DNA of 64,000 nucleotides from assembly GCF_041956535.1 (NCBI RefSeq), contig NW_027192206.1, forward strand, positions 461,488-525,487. The letters run 5' to 3'. The translations under genes were made by a program, and so were the position numbers. Below are positions 1 to 12,969 of the stretch, piece after piece (the first letter of the stretch is position 1; each line of letters starts with the position of its first letter). The notes under the pieces were generated by a model. That model made no database searches, was not told the origin of the DNA, and saw only the letters and a list, made by a program, of their open reading frames with translations. The stretch comes from Calcarisporiella thermophila CBS 279.70 (Eukaryota > Fungi > Calcarisporiellomycota).

Positions 1-1105
1 GCAGACCATCCCCATCAAGGTCCTGCCGCTGGATCGCGACCCGGAATTCGACCTGGTGCTGCTTGATCAGCGCCGGCTCGGGGTCATTTTCCGACGGTTT
101 GCCGGCCCCTCCCCCAACAACTCAAAGGCCCCCGATGACGGCGACGACTCGGGCTCGGTGGCCAGTGGGGAGGCCGATAGAAGCCGCGGCATCCAGGTCA
201 AGGACCGGCAGTACTTCTTCAAGCAGTACAAAAACACGTTCCACGGCCAGGGCGCGGTCGACTGGCTGCGCGACTTCACCACCACCATCTCGCGCGACGA
301 GGCGAACGAGATTGCCAACGAGTTTGTTCGTGCGGGCCTGGTGGAGGAGCTGATCGACCTCAACGAGTTGCCCGGCTCCGGCGCGGGCGAGCTCGTCTAC
401 ACACGCACCATCCTCTACCACTTGACCGAGTTTGGCGAGCAGGTGGCGGGGTGGCGGCCGGATGCGGACAGGGACCGCGACAGCGTCTTCTCCGCCAGCA
501 CCAGCACGCCCTTTAGACACGACGCCGACGGCGGCGAGGTGGTGGACCTGCGCGACATGCTGTCGTATAGCCCCTCCCTTCGCGGGAATGGCCACGACCG
601 CATCTCGGCCAACAAGGGCGCCGATGGCCTCGACTCGAAAGAGTCGAACGCCACGCGCCTGCAGCAGATCCTAGGGGATGAGCGCCTGCTCCCGCTCTTC
701 CACGAGTTTTTGCGCACCAACTTCTGCGAGGAGAACCTCTCCTTCTGGTCCGATTGCCAGGACTTTTTGAGCCGATACAACCGGGGCGGGGAGAACCACC
801 GTGACAATGCCGCCAAGGCCTACGCCATCTACTCCACCTATCTGGCCCCCGCCTCGCCGTCCGAGCTTAACATCGACTACAGCCTTCGGCAAGAGATCCT
901 GAGGTTCATGAATACGGCCGTGGGCAAGGGGAATGGCGCAGACGTGGCGGACCCCGACGTCGTCATTGGACCCGAGGTGCTTGAGACCATTGTGCAGCTG
1001 TACGGAAAGGTGCAAACCCATATCTTTCGCCTCATGTCCACCGACTCGGTGCCCAAGTTTGTAAAAACCCGCAAGTATCGCCAAGCTCTCCAGGAGCAGG
1101 ATTAG
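1..1105 (+). CDS. SST2: Regulator of G-protein signalling, Sst2/FlbA family (DEP + RGS domains), 5'-truncated by the window edge
   Basis: Frame is open from the window start to TAG at 1103-1105. DEP motif (KNTFHGQGAVDWL) and RGS motifs (FHEFLRTNFCEENLSFW, IYSTYLAPASPSELNID, LMSTDSVPKF) are present. Confidence 0.9.
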   Translation, partial: QTIPIKVLPLDRDPEFDLVLLDQRRLGVIFRRFAGPSPNNSKAPDDGDDSGSVASGEADRSRGIQVKDRQYFFKQYKNTFHGQGAVDWLRDFTTTISRDEANEIANEFVRAGLVEELIDLNELPGSGAGELVYTRTILYHLTEFGEQVAGWRPDADRDRDSVFSASTSTPFRHDADGGEVVDLRDMLSYSPSLRGNGHDRISANKGADGLDSKESNATRLQQILGDERLLPLFHEFLRTNFCEENLSFWSDCQDFLSRYNRGGENHRDNAAKAYAIYSTYLAPASPSELNIDYSLRQEILRFMNTAVGKGNGADVADPDVVIGPEVLETIVQLYGKVQTHIFRLMSTDSVPKFVKTRKYRQALQEQD

Positions 1106-1419
1106 ATTTCAAGGCATGCCCCCATCCCCAACTGTGTTTTCTCCCCTTTTCCTCTTTTTTTCCTCCTCCGCCTCCGCCTCCTCCTCTTCTTCTTCTTCCG
1201 AACTAGATATACTCTTTCATATATACTTTCACATCTTCTAATTTCAATAATCACTATTTAATTCTCTCTCTCTAGTCTGGTTATTATGCCTATTTCTATT
1301 CGCTTGCATTGATACATATATCTGTTGTCGCATTGTGGAACTTTTACCTTTTTTTAATTTGAAAAACAAGAAAAAAATGAGGTTGGTTGAGACAAAGAGA
1401 GATTCCATGTGTTGTTGTA

Positions 1420-1779
1420 NNNNNNNNNNNNNNNNNNNNNNNNNNNNNNNNNNNNNNNNNNNNNNNNNNNNNNNNNNNNNNNNNNNNNNNNNNNNNNNNN
1501 NNNNNNNNNNNNNNNNNNNNNNNNNNNNNNNNNNNNNNNNNNNNNNNNNNNNNNNNNNNNNNNNNNNNNNNNNNNNNNNNNNNNNNNNNNNNNNNNNNNN
1601 NNNNNNNNNNNNNNNNNNNNNNNNNNNNNNNNNNNNNNNNNNNNNNNNNNNNNNNNNNNNNNNNNNNNNNNNNNNNNNNNNNNNNNNNNNNNNNNNNNNN
1701 NNNNNNNNNNNNNNNNNNNNNNNNNNNNNNNNNNNNNNNNNNNNNNNNNNNNNNNNNNNNNNNNNNNNNNNNNNNNNNN
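1420..1779. other. Assembly gap (run of N) followed by a poly-T tract
   Basis: About 360 N bases. ORFs called across it are artefacts. Confidence 1.
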
Positions 1780-1973
1780 TTTTTTTTTTTTTTTTTTTTT
1801 TTCTTTTTATACTCTTTTGTCATGTTATTGAATCTGTTGTTTCATCATTGTGTTCATCTTAAAAAATTAAATTTAGTAAAGCTGTTGTTTATCCTCCATG
1901 GATCTCCTCAAGTTGTATTGAATTCTTTTATTAGAGTCGACGATACCCAATCTTTTTTTTCCAAAAAAACACT

Positions 1974-2758
1974 TTACGCACGAGAACGGAGACGCGAAGC
2001 CCTTGCGAGTTGACGAGCGTTGAGTTTGGCTACCTTCTTTGAGTCGTCGGCACGCTCGACGGTGGCATCCTCCTCGGCAACGATGATCTCGATGTGCGAG
2101 GGAGAGCTCTGGTAGGGGTTGATGCGACCGTGGGCGCGGTAGGTGCGACGGCGCATTTTAGGGGCCTAACACAGCCCAAATAAAAAGGGAATCAGTCAAT
2201 ATTATATCCATCGAGATAGATCATATCTGTACGCACCTGGTTGACCTGGATATGCTTGATAACCAAGGAATCGACATTCAAGCCTTTGGCCTACACGAGG
2301 CAGAAACAGAATCGAAAACAAGGATTGAGCATGAACATCTTCATTGGCCATATTGCAAGTAGCTTACCTCAGCGTTAGATTCGGCATTCTTGAGCAGACC
2401 CTCCACAAACTCGCACGACTTCACAGGCCATCTGCCTTGGGTCGTTCCGAATTCCTTAGCCTGAGCGGTACGGCCAACACCGCCATTGAACCGACGGAAA
2501 GGAATGGCACGCTTGTGCTCTTTCACGGCAGCGAGGTAGGAAAGGGCTTTCTTGAGGTTCATGCCCGAGATGGCGGCGGCAACCTCACGGGTGTTCTTGA
2601 AGTGAACGCGGAGGTAAGATCCACGAGCCTTAGCAACTTTGGAAAGTGAATACAAGAGCAATCGGTCAATATGAATGATGAAGAGAAGCCGATCTAAGTT
2701 TAAATAGGGCAAACCTACTTTTGGCGGGGTTAGCCGGAGTAGCAGCGTATCTGACCAT
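1974..2758 (-). CDS. RPL17: 60S ribosomal protein L17 (uL22), multi-exon; probable additional 5'UTR intron at about 2770-2976
   Basis: Exons read [13 protein letters not shown] | [23 protein letters not shown]...[10 protein letters not shown] | ...[22 protein letters not shown], with GT-AG introns. Confidence 0.97.
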
Positions 2759-3122
2759 GGCAATGCTACTGATGAAAAAAGATCATGCAAAAAAGGTGTT
2801 AGCATAGCAGTAGGAAGAAGCCATTCAATTCCGCATCGCCATTTCCCATATTCATGGTATCGTGTTCCCAACTGATTTCCGGCTTCAGCTCCCATTTCTC
2901 AATCACACTCAAAGAATCACCACACACCCACGGGGTGGTCCATCCCTCCCTACAATCCATCCATCCTTCTCCTTACCTTTTGCTTTTCTCACAGATGAAT
3001 ATGAAATCCTTTACGCTGGATGCGTCTAGAGGAAGAGAAGGAGGGAATCGGCTATGGGGGGAAGCCTCGGTAGCAAAATGCCGCTCGACGAATTTCACGC
3101 TTCAGAGGAATCTGAAACCAAT

Positions 3123-3141
3123 AGTCACACGGGGAGTCACA
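3123..3141. promoter_or_regulatory. Tandem AGTCACA (Homol-D-like) elements in the RPL17/epsin divergent promoter
   Basis: AGTCACA at 3123-3129 and 3135-3141. Homol-D (CAGTCACA) is a known fungal ribosomal-protein promoter motif. Confidence 0.5.
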
Positions 3142-3411
3142 TTCGGGTTCGAGGGCAGGAAGTGATTTGCGGCAAAAAAAGTTCGCCCGTTTTTTAATCT
3201 TCCTCTTTTTTTCAAGTCTTTGCCTTTTTATTTCTCCTTTGTCTGAGAAAATCTTTGGACATACTAACCCCTCGTCACTGAAGAGCTACAAGAGACGGAC
3301 CCGGAACTTGAACAATCCTTTTCCCTATTTGCAATCTCAAAGAAGTCAGTCATTATACTCAGCAGGCAGCTCCGAATTTAGTGGAGATTAGTTTTATCTA
3401 CGATCGGTGCA

Positions 3412-5799
3412 ATGTCAAAATATACGGCAAAAGGTGCTCTTCGCACAGTGTGAGTGTCCCTTGCTGTTCTTTGAAATGCTTGGAAATGCTGCTGGCATGT
3501 CCTATTTGGATGGCCTGGAGGCGAGATGGGAGTACAGGGTGTTTCCTGTCACTTTGGCTTTGACTTCTTTGTTCAACCAAGATTTAGGTTCAGTGCCAGT
3601 TGAATTAATTCATTGCCTTTGTTTCCTATTATTTTTCCTGGATGATAGAAAAAACTACACAAAGGGCTATTCGAACATCCAGGCCAAAGTTCGAGAGGCC
3701 ACTTCGAACGATCCTTGGGGACCATCGGGAACCTTGATGAATGAGATCGCTCAAGCCACCTATCATCAGTGAGCCCTCTTTCTTCGATGGAGAAAAAGGT
3801 CCGACTGCTCTAATTCAACATCTATATCTTAGGCATTTATTTATGGAGGTGATGGAGATTATTGACAAGCGGCTTAACGACAAAGGCAAAAATTGGAGAC
3901 ATGTATATAAGGTGAGATGTCGGTCATTTTCCCTCTCGGCTGGTTCCATTCCAAGATGGACCGTGATTAACCTGACGGCTGCGTTCTTCTTTTTCCACCC
4001 ATCCTTATTAATAGGCTTTGACATTACTGGATTACTGTTTGCATGTTGGATCAGAATCTGTAATAGGATATGCAAGGGAAAATCTCTACATTATAAAAAC
4101 ACTCAAGGAATTTCAACATTGGGACGAGGATGGCAAGGATGTGGGGGCCAATGGTGAATCTCACGGCATTTTACCACCCAGCATCTTATCTAAACTCTTT
4201 ATCTTTGACTATTCCAGTGCGCCAGAAGGCCAAAGAAATCACGAATCTTCTATTGGACGACTCTCGGCTTCAAGAGGAGCGCCGTGCGCGACTGGGCATG
4301 CACAATCGGCTAATCGGCTCGAATTCACAGACCTCTTTGGGCCCCGATCGGCCTTCCCGCTCTCCGCACTATGAACGCCCCGGCTACGTCGATGATGACT
4401 CGGAGTTGCAGCGGGCTATTGAGGAGAGCAAGCGAACCGCACAAGAGCACGAGCTCCAAATGAGAGAGAGGTTTGTGGTTTCGCATAAGGTATCGATGCA
4501 CAACTTTTCTAATATGCCTATATGTGGTAGCAGTGAGCAGCTACAGCAAGCCTTAGAGTTGAGTGAAAGAGAGGCAAGAGAAAAGGAGGAAGAGAGACGC
4601 CGCCAGGAAGAGGAAATGCGCCGAATGCAGTTAATGCAACAACAGCAACAGCAGCAACAGCAATTTAACATGCTTGGTGCCGGCGGGCAGCCATATCCAC
4701 AACAACAGCCGATGCCGCCGCAGCAGCTTGGATTCGATTTCTTCGATCCCCTAGGGACAAGCTCAAATCCCAATGCTTATGGACAGGGGCAGGGTGGGAT
4801 GGCGTATAATGGCGGCGGAGGATACAACTTTCAGCAGGGCCAAAACTACTTGCAGCGACCTCAAATAACGGGCTCCTCACAGGATGGTTTTCAGTCCATG
4901 TCTGTTGGCCCTGCCATGCCGGGGATGCACATGTCGTCGCTTGGAGATTCGATGGGATCCAACAATCCTTTTGGCCAGATGGGCGGAGGTTTTGGAGCTT
5001 CGCAGCCCCAACCACAGCAGCAGCAGCAGCAGCAACAACTGTCGTTTAGCGGTCTTGGTGGGACAAACGGGTTTGCGGGATCCGCGGCATATCCATCCCA
5101 GGGTAATGGTTTAGCGTCGGCCCCCGCATCATCCACATCATTTACGCCCTCGATCCCACCAAGTACGTCTGTTTCGATGGCGGGATCCGCTTCGACTCCA
5201 ACGAAAGATGACGGCAAATATTCGAAACTCGCCAATTTGATCGGCAATCGAGGCGATGGTGTCGACACGTTCGGCAATGTAGGCAATATGCGTATACCTT
5301 AGTAAGTGTTCTTGTCGCCACCATTGGCACTAGCGCCAGACTCTTTTGATAACCCGATATTTTCTGTGTGCCTTACAGTGGCTCCGGTTTCAGCTCGAGT
5401 ATAGGCTATCAGAGCTCTCAAAATTCAACCTCTCAGGCTGCAAACAACCCTTTTGCCCCTGCTCAGGCGACCGGCTCGGACCTCCTCGGCCTGAACAACG
5501 ACTCTTCCTCCTTCTCTACCTTTTCTTCCACCTCTCAACCCTTTGCTACCTCCACCTCTTCGTCCACCAGTTCGGCGTTCGGCAACCAGCCAAGCCGGAA
5601 TCCTTTCCAACCGGCATCCTCTCAACCATCCAATAACCCGTGGGCTAACACCGGCGCAAGCATGAGCCTCAATGATTTATATATGGAGCAGCAAAGACAA
5701 AAACAGTTGCAACAGCAGCAGCAATTACAGCAGCAGAGCATGGGAACGGGGCAAGGATACTTTGGTGGTGGGGGAGCGCAAGCATTTGGAGGATTTTAG
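3412..5799 (+). CDS. ENT1: Epsin (ENTH domain, two UIMs, polyQ, NPF motifs), multi-exon
   Basis: MSKYTAKGALRTV|KNYTKGYSNIQAKVREATSNDPWGP; KRLNDKGKNWRHVYK; UIMs ELQRAIEESK and QLQQALELSE; several NPF/NPW motifs; TAG at 5799. Confidence 0.93.
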
Positions 5800-6434
5800 G
5801 CGCCCACTCTCCCATATTCTTGTTTATCCTCTACTCATATATTTATCCTGTGTTTTGCAATCCCCTCCTATTTTTTTTTTCTTTTCCTTCCCTTTTACTT
5901 TTTATTGCCTCTCTCTCATCTCATGATTACTTTCATTGATAATCTTCAACCCTCTATTCTTTTTTTTTTTTCAATCATATTTCTCTCATTATGATCACAC
6001 TATTTCCTGGATATTCTTTTTTTCTTGTTATGATACGTCTCCCTTTTTTATTACTCTTGAATTTTTTTTTATTTTACTCATTTACACGCTTACACCTCGA
6101 TAATTCATTTTAACAATCAAATATTCTTGTGTGCCTCTGTGATACAAGAGGATGTGTTAATATTTTTCTTTTATTTCTATTCTCTGCTTCGCTTTGATCT
6201 GCTCCCTACACTGATAGAATTAGCGCTTTGGAGAAAGCGCTCCAGTGCCAAGAACTCGGGGGAGAGAGAGAGGGAATAATAAAAAATAAAGCCATTCAAA
6301 GACATGATTGGGGTGTGTAGTCCGGCAAGTCAGATATATTAAAAAAAAGACAAAAGTTTCTTATAAAAGAGTCGAGCTGGAACTAATACAAAGAAACAGG
6401 GTGGGAGATTAAGGGGAAGGGAGAGGCACCTCCA

Positions 6435-7809
6435 TTAGAGATCTCGCTTGTCGTTCAACCACTTGTAGACGCTCGAAAAGTCCTTGGTCTTGAACTCTTT
6501 CGTGTTGGAGAGTTGGTTGTAGATCTGCTGCGAGAGGGCCCCGAGGGGGATGCTTGCTTGGCAGTCGTTGGCCGCATTCACGGCGAGTCGCAGATCCTTG
6601 GCCATGAGCGCGCTCCCAAAGCCGCCCTCATATCCCTTCGATGCGGGCACGGTCTCCATCACCCCTGGGCAGGGGTTGTAGGTGTCGCTGCTCCAGCACC
6701 TCCCGGTGGAGGTGTTGATGATCCCCGCCAGCAGGTGAGGGTCCATCCCCAGCCGCACGCCCAGGTTCATTGTCTCGGACACCCCAATCATGGAAATTCC
6801 AAGCAGCATGTTGTTGCAGATCTTAGCGATTTGGCCACTGCCGTTCGCGCCACAGTAGACGATGTTGCGGCCCATCCTGGCAAGAATGGGGCGAACCACC
6901 TCGAAATGGTCCGGGAGTGCGGCGCCGACCATGAACGTGAGCGTGGCGGCCTCCGCGCCGGGAACACCGCCGGAGACGGGAGCGTCTACCGCGATAGCGC
7001 CTTTAGAACCGACCTATTAACCAGAAGAAAAGTATGAGGGGTGCGTAGGGAAAAGAAAATTGAATGGAGGTGGAGACGGGGACACAGGGATATGGAGGTT
7101 AGGAATTTGTTAGGTTCACACGTACCGCCTTTGCCATCTCTTTGGCAACCGCCTGATCGATTGTGCTTGAATCAATCACTACACTGTCCTGATCCAGACC
7201 GGGCAACAGAGCCTCCGTCGATTCCACATATACGTCCTTTACGTGCGGAGATGCAGGAAGCATCGTGATGACGGTACCCGCCTTCTCGGCCACCTCTACC
7301 GGGCAGCGCGCGATGACCACTTCCTTCTCGAGCTTGAGCTGCTTAACGAAGCGCTCTGCAGTTGCCTTATTGACGTCGTACACGATAAAGGGGACATTGG
7401 ATTTCTTGTAAAGATTGTTGGCCATGTGGAAGCCCTGAGGTCGAGAGAGCGCACGCGAGAGAAAAAGGTAAGTCACAGCATAAAAAATCGAGATGCGCAT
7501 TTCGACTCTTACCATTTGGCCAAGGCCAATGAAGCCGATGGTTTCTTTCCTCGTAACCTAATGCAAAATGTATTCTATGTTTAACGTCTTATGCATCCCA
7601 TCGAAGAGAATGCAAATGCAAATGACTCACCTCGTCTTTAGCTACGCGTTCGGAGAAGAATCCAATAAGAGTTAGCTTATTTCTCCACACTTGAAATAGA
7701 GTAATTGCTTACAGGTAGAGTAGTTTCTTCTTGCCGCCAATGATGGCATCAAGCGAGGAGCAGTGACCAGTGGTCTCACGGAGAGCAAATGAGCAGCGGG
7801 TTTCATCAT
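6435..7809 (-). CDS. HIBADH: 3-hydroxyisobutyrate dehydrogenase, mitochondrial precursor, multi-exon
   Basis: Presequence-like MMKPAAHLLSVRPL; Rossmann IGFIGLGQMG; DAPVSGG; catalytic GQIAKICNNML; SSDTYNPCPGV. Confidence 0.93.
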
Positions 7810-9276
7810 CTTCTAATCTTGAGTGAAATAAAAGTAAGAGCAGGAAATAAAACGACTCGAAGCGCGTGGGAAATAGGACTAAATTTCAGAAATCTAATAA
7901 AGTTTTATATAGAAATAAGCTATCGAGAGCAGAGAAAACTCAGATTGAGATCGAGGAGAATTGGAGGAGCGTCCCCGCCGGGGCCATCCTACAGCTAACC
8001 CCCATCCCAAGTATTCACGCCGTACTTAAGGGCCACGGAGCTCTGCGTCCAAGTGTAAATAGGAACAAGTACGCCCAAAAGGAGCACTCGGCGTCACGTT
8101 TGTTAGGGCGGAGGAGTATCGAGAATATGGGTTTATTACCATGGGGCTGGTCTATCTGGATCTCGAAGTTGATTTTGCAAATATAATCATGGTCACGCTT
8201 TGCACCTTCAAAGGCGCGTGTGCTCATAGCAAGGATTGCGGGGAGAAAAATAAGTTTACTTTTGCAACCCATCGCCGGCACCCTGATTCGCTCTATGTCA
8301 CTCTCCCAAGCATCCCTCTTTCCCACTGTTGACTGCAGTAGGCTGCAACCATTTCTAATCCTGCCTCCACACGAGCCTAGGCTAAATTATTTTCCCAACC
8401 TGCTCTCCCATATCCTGTCGTGCAATATATTAAGCAAGCCTCGTCCCTCCCACCCTTTCTGGTTGATTACATCGGCTCTGAGATTTTCCTTGCTTCAATC
8501 GGATTCCATCAAAAAATATTCATTCTGCACCGAAACCTGACCGAGGACCTTGTGCTGTTATGGCACAAGGTGCAGGAAGAGCATGGGGGATATTTAGCCA
8601 TTCTTAGACATAGACATGTTTGTTGCTGTGCTGAGGGATCATGAGATGGGCCGACTCTTCCAGGCTGAACTCTTTATCATGGTGTATAAATTCGCGTTTA
8701 ACGGAGGAAACAACCTTCAGGATTCTGTTCTCTGCCCTGGAAGCACTCCCAGAAGATCCGCCCAACTGCGGAGAGAGTCGCTCGCAACCACTTCATGCCC
8801 TACCATAAGGCACTGCGCATACACTTGCGTCACTTGCTGAATCAAGCTTTCTAGGTCGAAAGGGCTCGATTATTTAAGCACCGCGCAACTGGCGTGGCTT
8901 TGACGTTGAGCCCCATTTAATGATCCCAATTGGCACACCGAATATAGAAGTTTATTTTGCTATTTGATCTTGGGCCGTTTTGCTGTTCCATCGGCCATCA
9001 TTTGCATCCTAGTACCCCTGGTCATCTTACGCCGAGGCGCGTTCATTATTTGGGCGCGACAGTAGAACGCTTAGGGTCCTGTTGCTCATTCCATTGGATA
9101 GTGTTATCATCTGGCCGGGTTTTGCATAAATAGCATCGCGCAGCATCCTTTTTTGTACGAGTAAATTGATCCCTCACGCCTACACGAGCGTTTGTTCTAT
9201 TCATCCCGCAATTAACGCCTCCATCCTATGTATATAGCAAGCACTTGTTTTTTTTTCGTGATTTTAACTGGATAAT

Positions 9277-10700
9277 ATGATCAAAAGTGGACTGGATTTC
9301 CTATTAAGAGGAGACTATCTGTCATTGGCGCCCGGCCAATTGGTGACGCGATTTGACACCTACATCCAGTGGTTGATATTGATATGGTATGGTATCACGC
9401 TGGTTGTGAGTCTTACCGGACTTGCAGTCACGTAAGTTGAACTCGTTGCTTCCCTGTTTTGCCCCAACTCCCTGCTCATGCAGTTGTTCTACGTAGATTT
9501 CTGAGATATCGGCGGGGAAGAGCCACTCAGCACATTCCGCCGAGTAGCACCAATGAATTACCTGGGGTGACAATATTCCGCCCCATCTGCGGCCTGGATT
9601 TTCAGCTGCGCGAGAACCTTATATCCTCTCTGGAGCAGCAATATCCCAAATTCGAGGTTATATTCTCGTTCAACAAAGCAGACGATCCGGCGATACCCTT
9701 GGTGCGAGAGCTGATCGACGAATATCCTCATGTAGACGCTCGATTGATAATAGGTAGGTGTTTGGTGGGAAACAGCGATTAACACACCAACTGACTCTTA
9801 TTTCCAGAGGAGCGCAGTGTGGCGGTGAATCCCAAGATTAACAACCTCGTCGAGCCCTATCGGGTGGCCAAGCACGAAGTGATGTGGATCTGGGACTCAA
9901 ACGTTCGCCTTCCGCCGGGATGTCTGCACCGCTCCGTCCAAAAATTGCTCTCTCCTCAATATGGGCTCGTGCACCATCTCCCCTTGGGAGCCGACGCGCT
10001 TTCGCTTGGCGCAGACATGGAGGCCGCGTTTCTCAACACCACCCACGCGCGGGTCTACCTGGGGCTTAACCAGCTTTCAATTGGCTCGTGTGTGATTGGC
10101 AAATCGAACTTGTACCTCCGCAAAACGCTGCAGCAGATTGGGGGTCTGGAGAAGTTCCTAGACATTATTGCCGAGGATACCGCAATAGCAACCGCCATCT
10201 GGAACGTCGGCTATTGGCATGCTATGACCTGCGACGTGGCCCGGCATCCGCTAGGATCCATGTCGGTTTGGGAGCATTTTGCGCGGAGAGCCAGATGGGC
10301 CCGCATCCGCCGCACGACCGTCACCTTCGCCACTCTGATTGAGCCCTTCTCTGAGTCCATCTTGCTGGGGCTGTTGGTTGGGTGGTCGGTCCACTCTCTC
10401 TTCAACTTGTCGGGCAAGTGGTTTTTCGTCGCGCACATGCTCGCCTGGTTCCTCATGGACATGACCATCGCACGGAATATAGCAGGCAATGAGATAGTGT
10501 GGCCGCGACTCATTTTGGGGTGGGTGCTGCGGGAGTTGTCTGCACTCCCCCTCTTTATCTATGCCATGGTGGGAAGTCGGTTTGGGAGCCGGCTGAAATG
10601 GCGGGGAAGAGAGTATCGCATCAGATATGGAGGAAAGGGGCAGGTGGTGACGCAGGCCAATGGATGGAGGAACAATCACCATCAAAAGAAGGCATTATGA
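9277..10700 (+). CDS. HSX11: Ceramide glucosyltransferase (GT21), 3 exons
   Basis: N-terminal TM helix; PGVTIFRPICGLD; NPKINNL; WIWDSNV; IAED; RRARW (R/QxxRW); KWRGREY; C-terminal KKAL. Confidence 0.9.
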
Positions 10701-11400
10701 TGATGCCCATTATTTTATCCCGATAGATATATCTCTCTGATTCCTTTTATATATACACTTACATATTGTTCCTTAATTAACTAATAGTAAATATGTGCCT
10801 AGTTCCATGTGGTCTCACTATTTTCAAAGTTTCTGTGGTAAAATAGCCAATGGGGTGTCGTGTATTTATCACTCTAATGACGATAAATGAATAGTCTGTA
10901 AGGAGCTGTGGATATTGGTTGCCAAAGATCTATTGACACCATGGATTAGATTGTTGGTGGCGCCTAATAGTTGGGGGCGAGTATTTTGATACAATATAAA
11001 AGTGGGAAACACGGCCCGAATTGGTACCGATTTGACCATATTGTCTCCCTTTCTAAATGAATCGATGCTGATTGATTGCGAGATAGTAAGCTGCCTACTC
11101 TCTATATCAGATATTAAATGTGGCAAAAAAAAGTAGCTAAATATTGAGCTTAATCTAGTTGAGGGTCAGAATTTTTCAATTTCAATAATACTATATTCCC
11201 TCATTCCAAGAGTACCATGAATACCATATGCTCTACTTCTGCGAACCATACAGCAGAGTTGTAAGGAACCGACGTTTTTGTGTATTTCATGGCCAATGAA
11301 CATAAGTGGAATAATATTCATATGTCTTGCCTTAGATAATGTTTTAGTTTCGTAACATTTACTTATATTTTTGCAATTGCATAATATTCCATTCTAACTT

Positions 11401-12474
11401 CTATAAATAAGTATGGTCGGCATTCTTGGATGCTTGCTTCTTCCTTCGCCATCTATACCAAGGGCGGGAGTCTTGTTTCTCGTTGTTTTTTAAGTCCAGT
11501 TCGAGTTCTTCCTCCGCGCTGCTCGCCTTTGCATCCTTCAGCTCTTGTAATCGGGGGAAGATTTTTAGCTGCCATAACCCCCCCAGAACGGCAACGATGA
11601 GGGCAAACGAGGCCATCACCAGGGCAGGCAAGGTGAAGTTGTAGATAACGCGTGGATTGAGGATAGCTCTGTAGCCGTCGTGATAGCCAGTGGCGAAGAA
11701 TACATCAAAGCCATTAAACATCCTAGATAATCGCATTGCACAAAGTCAGAGTTCCCGAGGATTGTGCCCGAGATGGACAGGATAGGGATACGAAGAGGAA
11801 GAACCCTCTCACTTACGCATAGCTTCCTGAAAACGCAAAAGCGAACAGCCACCCTGCGCTCCTATACTTCTTTATCATCGCAATCGCCGCCCCACTTACC
11901 GTGAAGGCCGCGACTACTCCATATCGTGCAGCAGGTGACGGGAGAACAGTGTCAGATCGCAGAGAAAGCACCATTAGTATCAGCGCGAATCCGCCGAATA
12001 ATCCCGTGACAATGCGATTGAGAGTCTCATGTTTACCCTTGATGTGGAAGGCTATAGCGCCCACGATTCCAGAACCCACCCAGGTCAAAAGGGCAGTCCA
12101 AAGGTCGACCTCGCTTGGGGTCTGTGAACTGACAAAGGCCGAAATAAAAAATCCCGCAATCCATGCTACCACCGTAAAGAGGGTACAGGGAAGAAAGATA
12201 GGAGTAATAGGGATGAGTATAAAAAACCCATAATATTTAAGGGGCGGCATACGGAAAGCGATAGTACCTGAGAAGTAAAACCCTACGAAGGCAGGAGAAT
12301 AAGTGTAAGCGCGATATCCCGAGGAGCACTGGACACCCCCACAAAGGATGAGGATAACTCCGAGAGTGAGATAGGGTGCGGTTGCAAAGTGGATCTCTAT
12401 GGCAAGGTAGGGGATTCAATACTCAAGTGGCTCTACCATCTTTCTGCCATTCTCCTTACCATTCTTGGCGCCAT
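11401..12474 (-). CDS. Multi-pass membrane protein, DUF4203 / TMEM198-TM7S3-like
   Basis: Exons contain LTLGVILILCGGVQCSSGYRAY..FVGFY, TGLFGGFAL and AFSGSYA...GFDVFFATGY, then a final TM helix and basic tail. The first small exon (MAPRM) is tentative. Confidence 0.65.
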
Positions 12475-12969
12475 CGTGAGATTGAGCCAGGACATGCGCA
12501 CCGAACAAACTGAATAGGATAAATAAGAGCATTATCTGAAAGAGAGCGGGGAGAGGGCTGGTACATATTCGGCTGAAATGAGCAGCATGAAGCGAACGCG
12601 CGTTTAATAAGAACTTCCCAATTCATAGCGCAAATTTGGTGGTAACTCGATATGGCAAGCACGACAATGCACGAATGAATTTTTGACCTGTGCACCGATC
12701 TTCTACTGTTAGGAGGCAAGTGAGAGCAAAATTCTCCTGCAGAGAGAGGGGATGGGGTTTGACCCAAACCTTTATTGTTAAGCTAGATATGAAAAAAAAA
12801 ATATCACGGACCATAAAACAGGATGTGCTATTGTCCCCTCGCTCGACTCGTTAAATATATAATATAAAATATAAATAGTAAAATGAATGTATGTACTAAT
12901 AAATAGAACACAAGAGCATATCAGAATGGAAGAAAGAAAGCAATAGAAACACAACCCCAACCTCCCCAT

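Noticed and set aside
1335-2013. ORFs of 140-208 aa across the N run
   Set aside because: Artefacts of the assembly gap and poly-T tract.
2160-2976. Intronic snoRNA in RPL17
   Set aside because: No convincing C/D or H/ACA boxes in the introns on the sense strand.
6222-6241. 8-bp stem hairpin between the convergent epsin and HIBADH genes
   Set aside because: Within chance expectation; bacterial-type terminators are irrelevant here.
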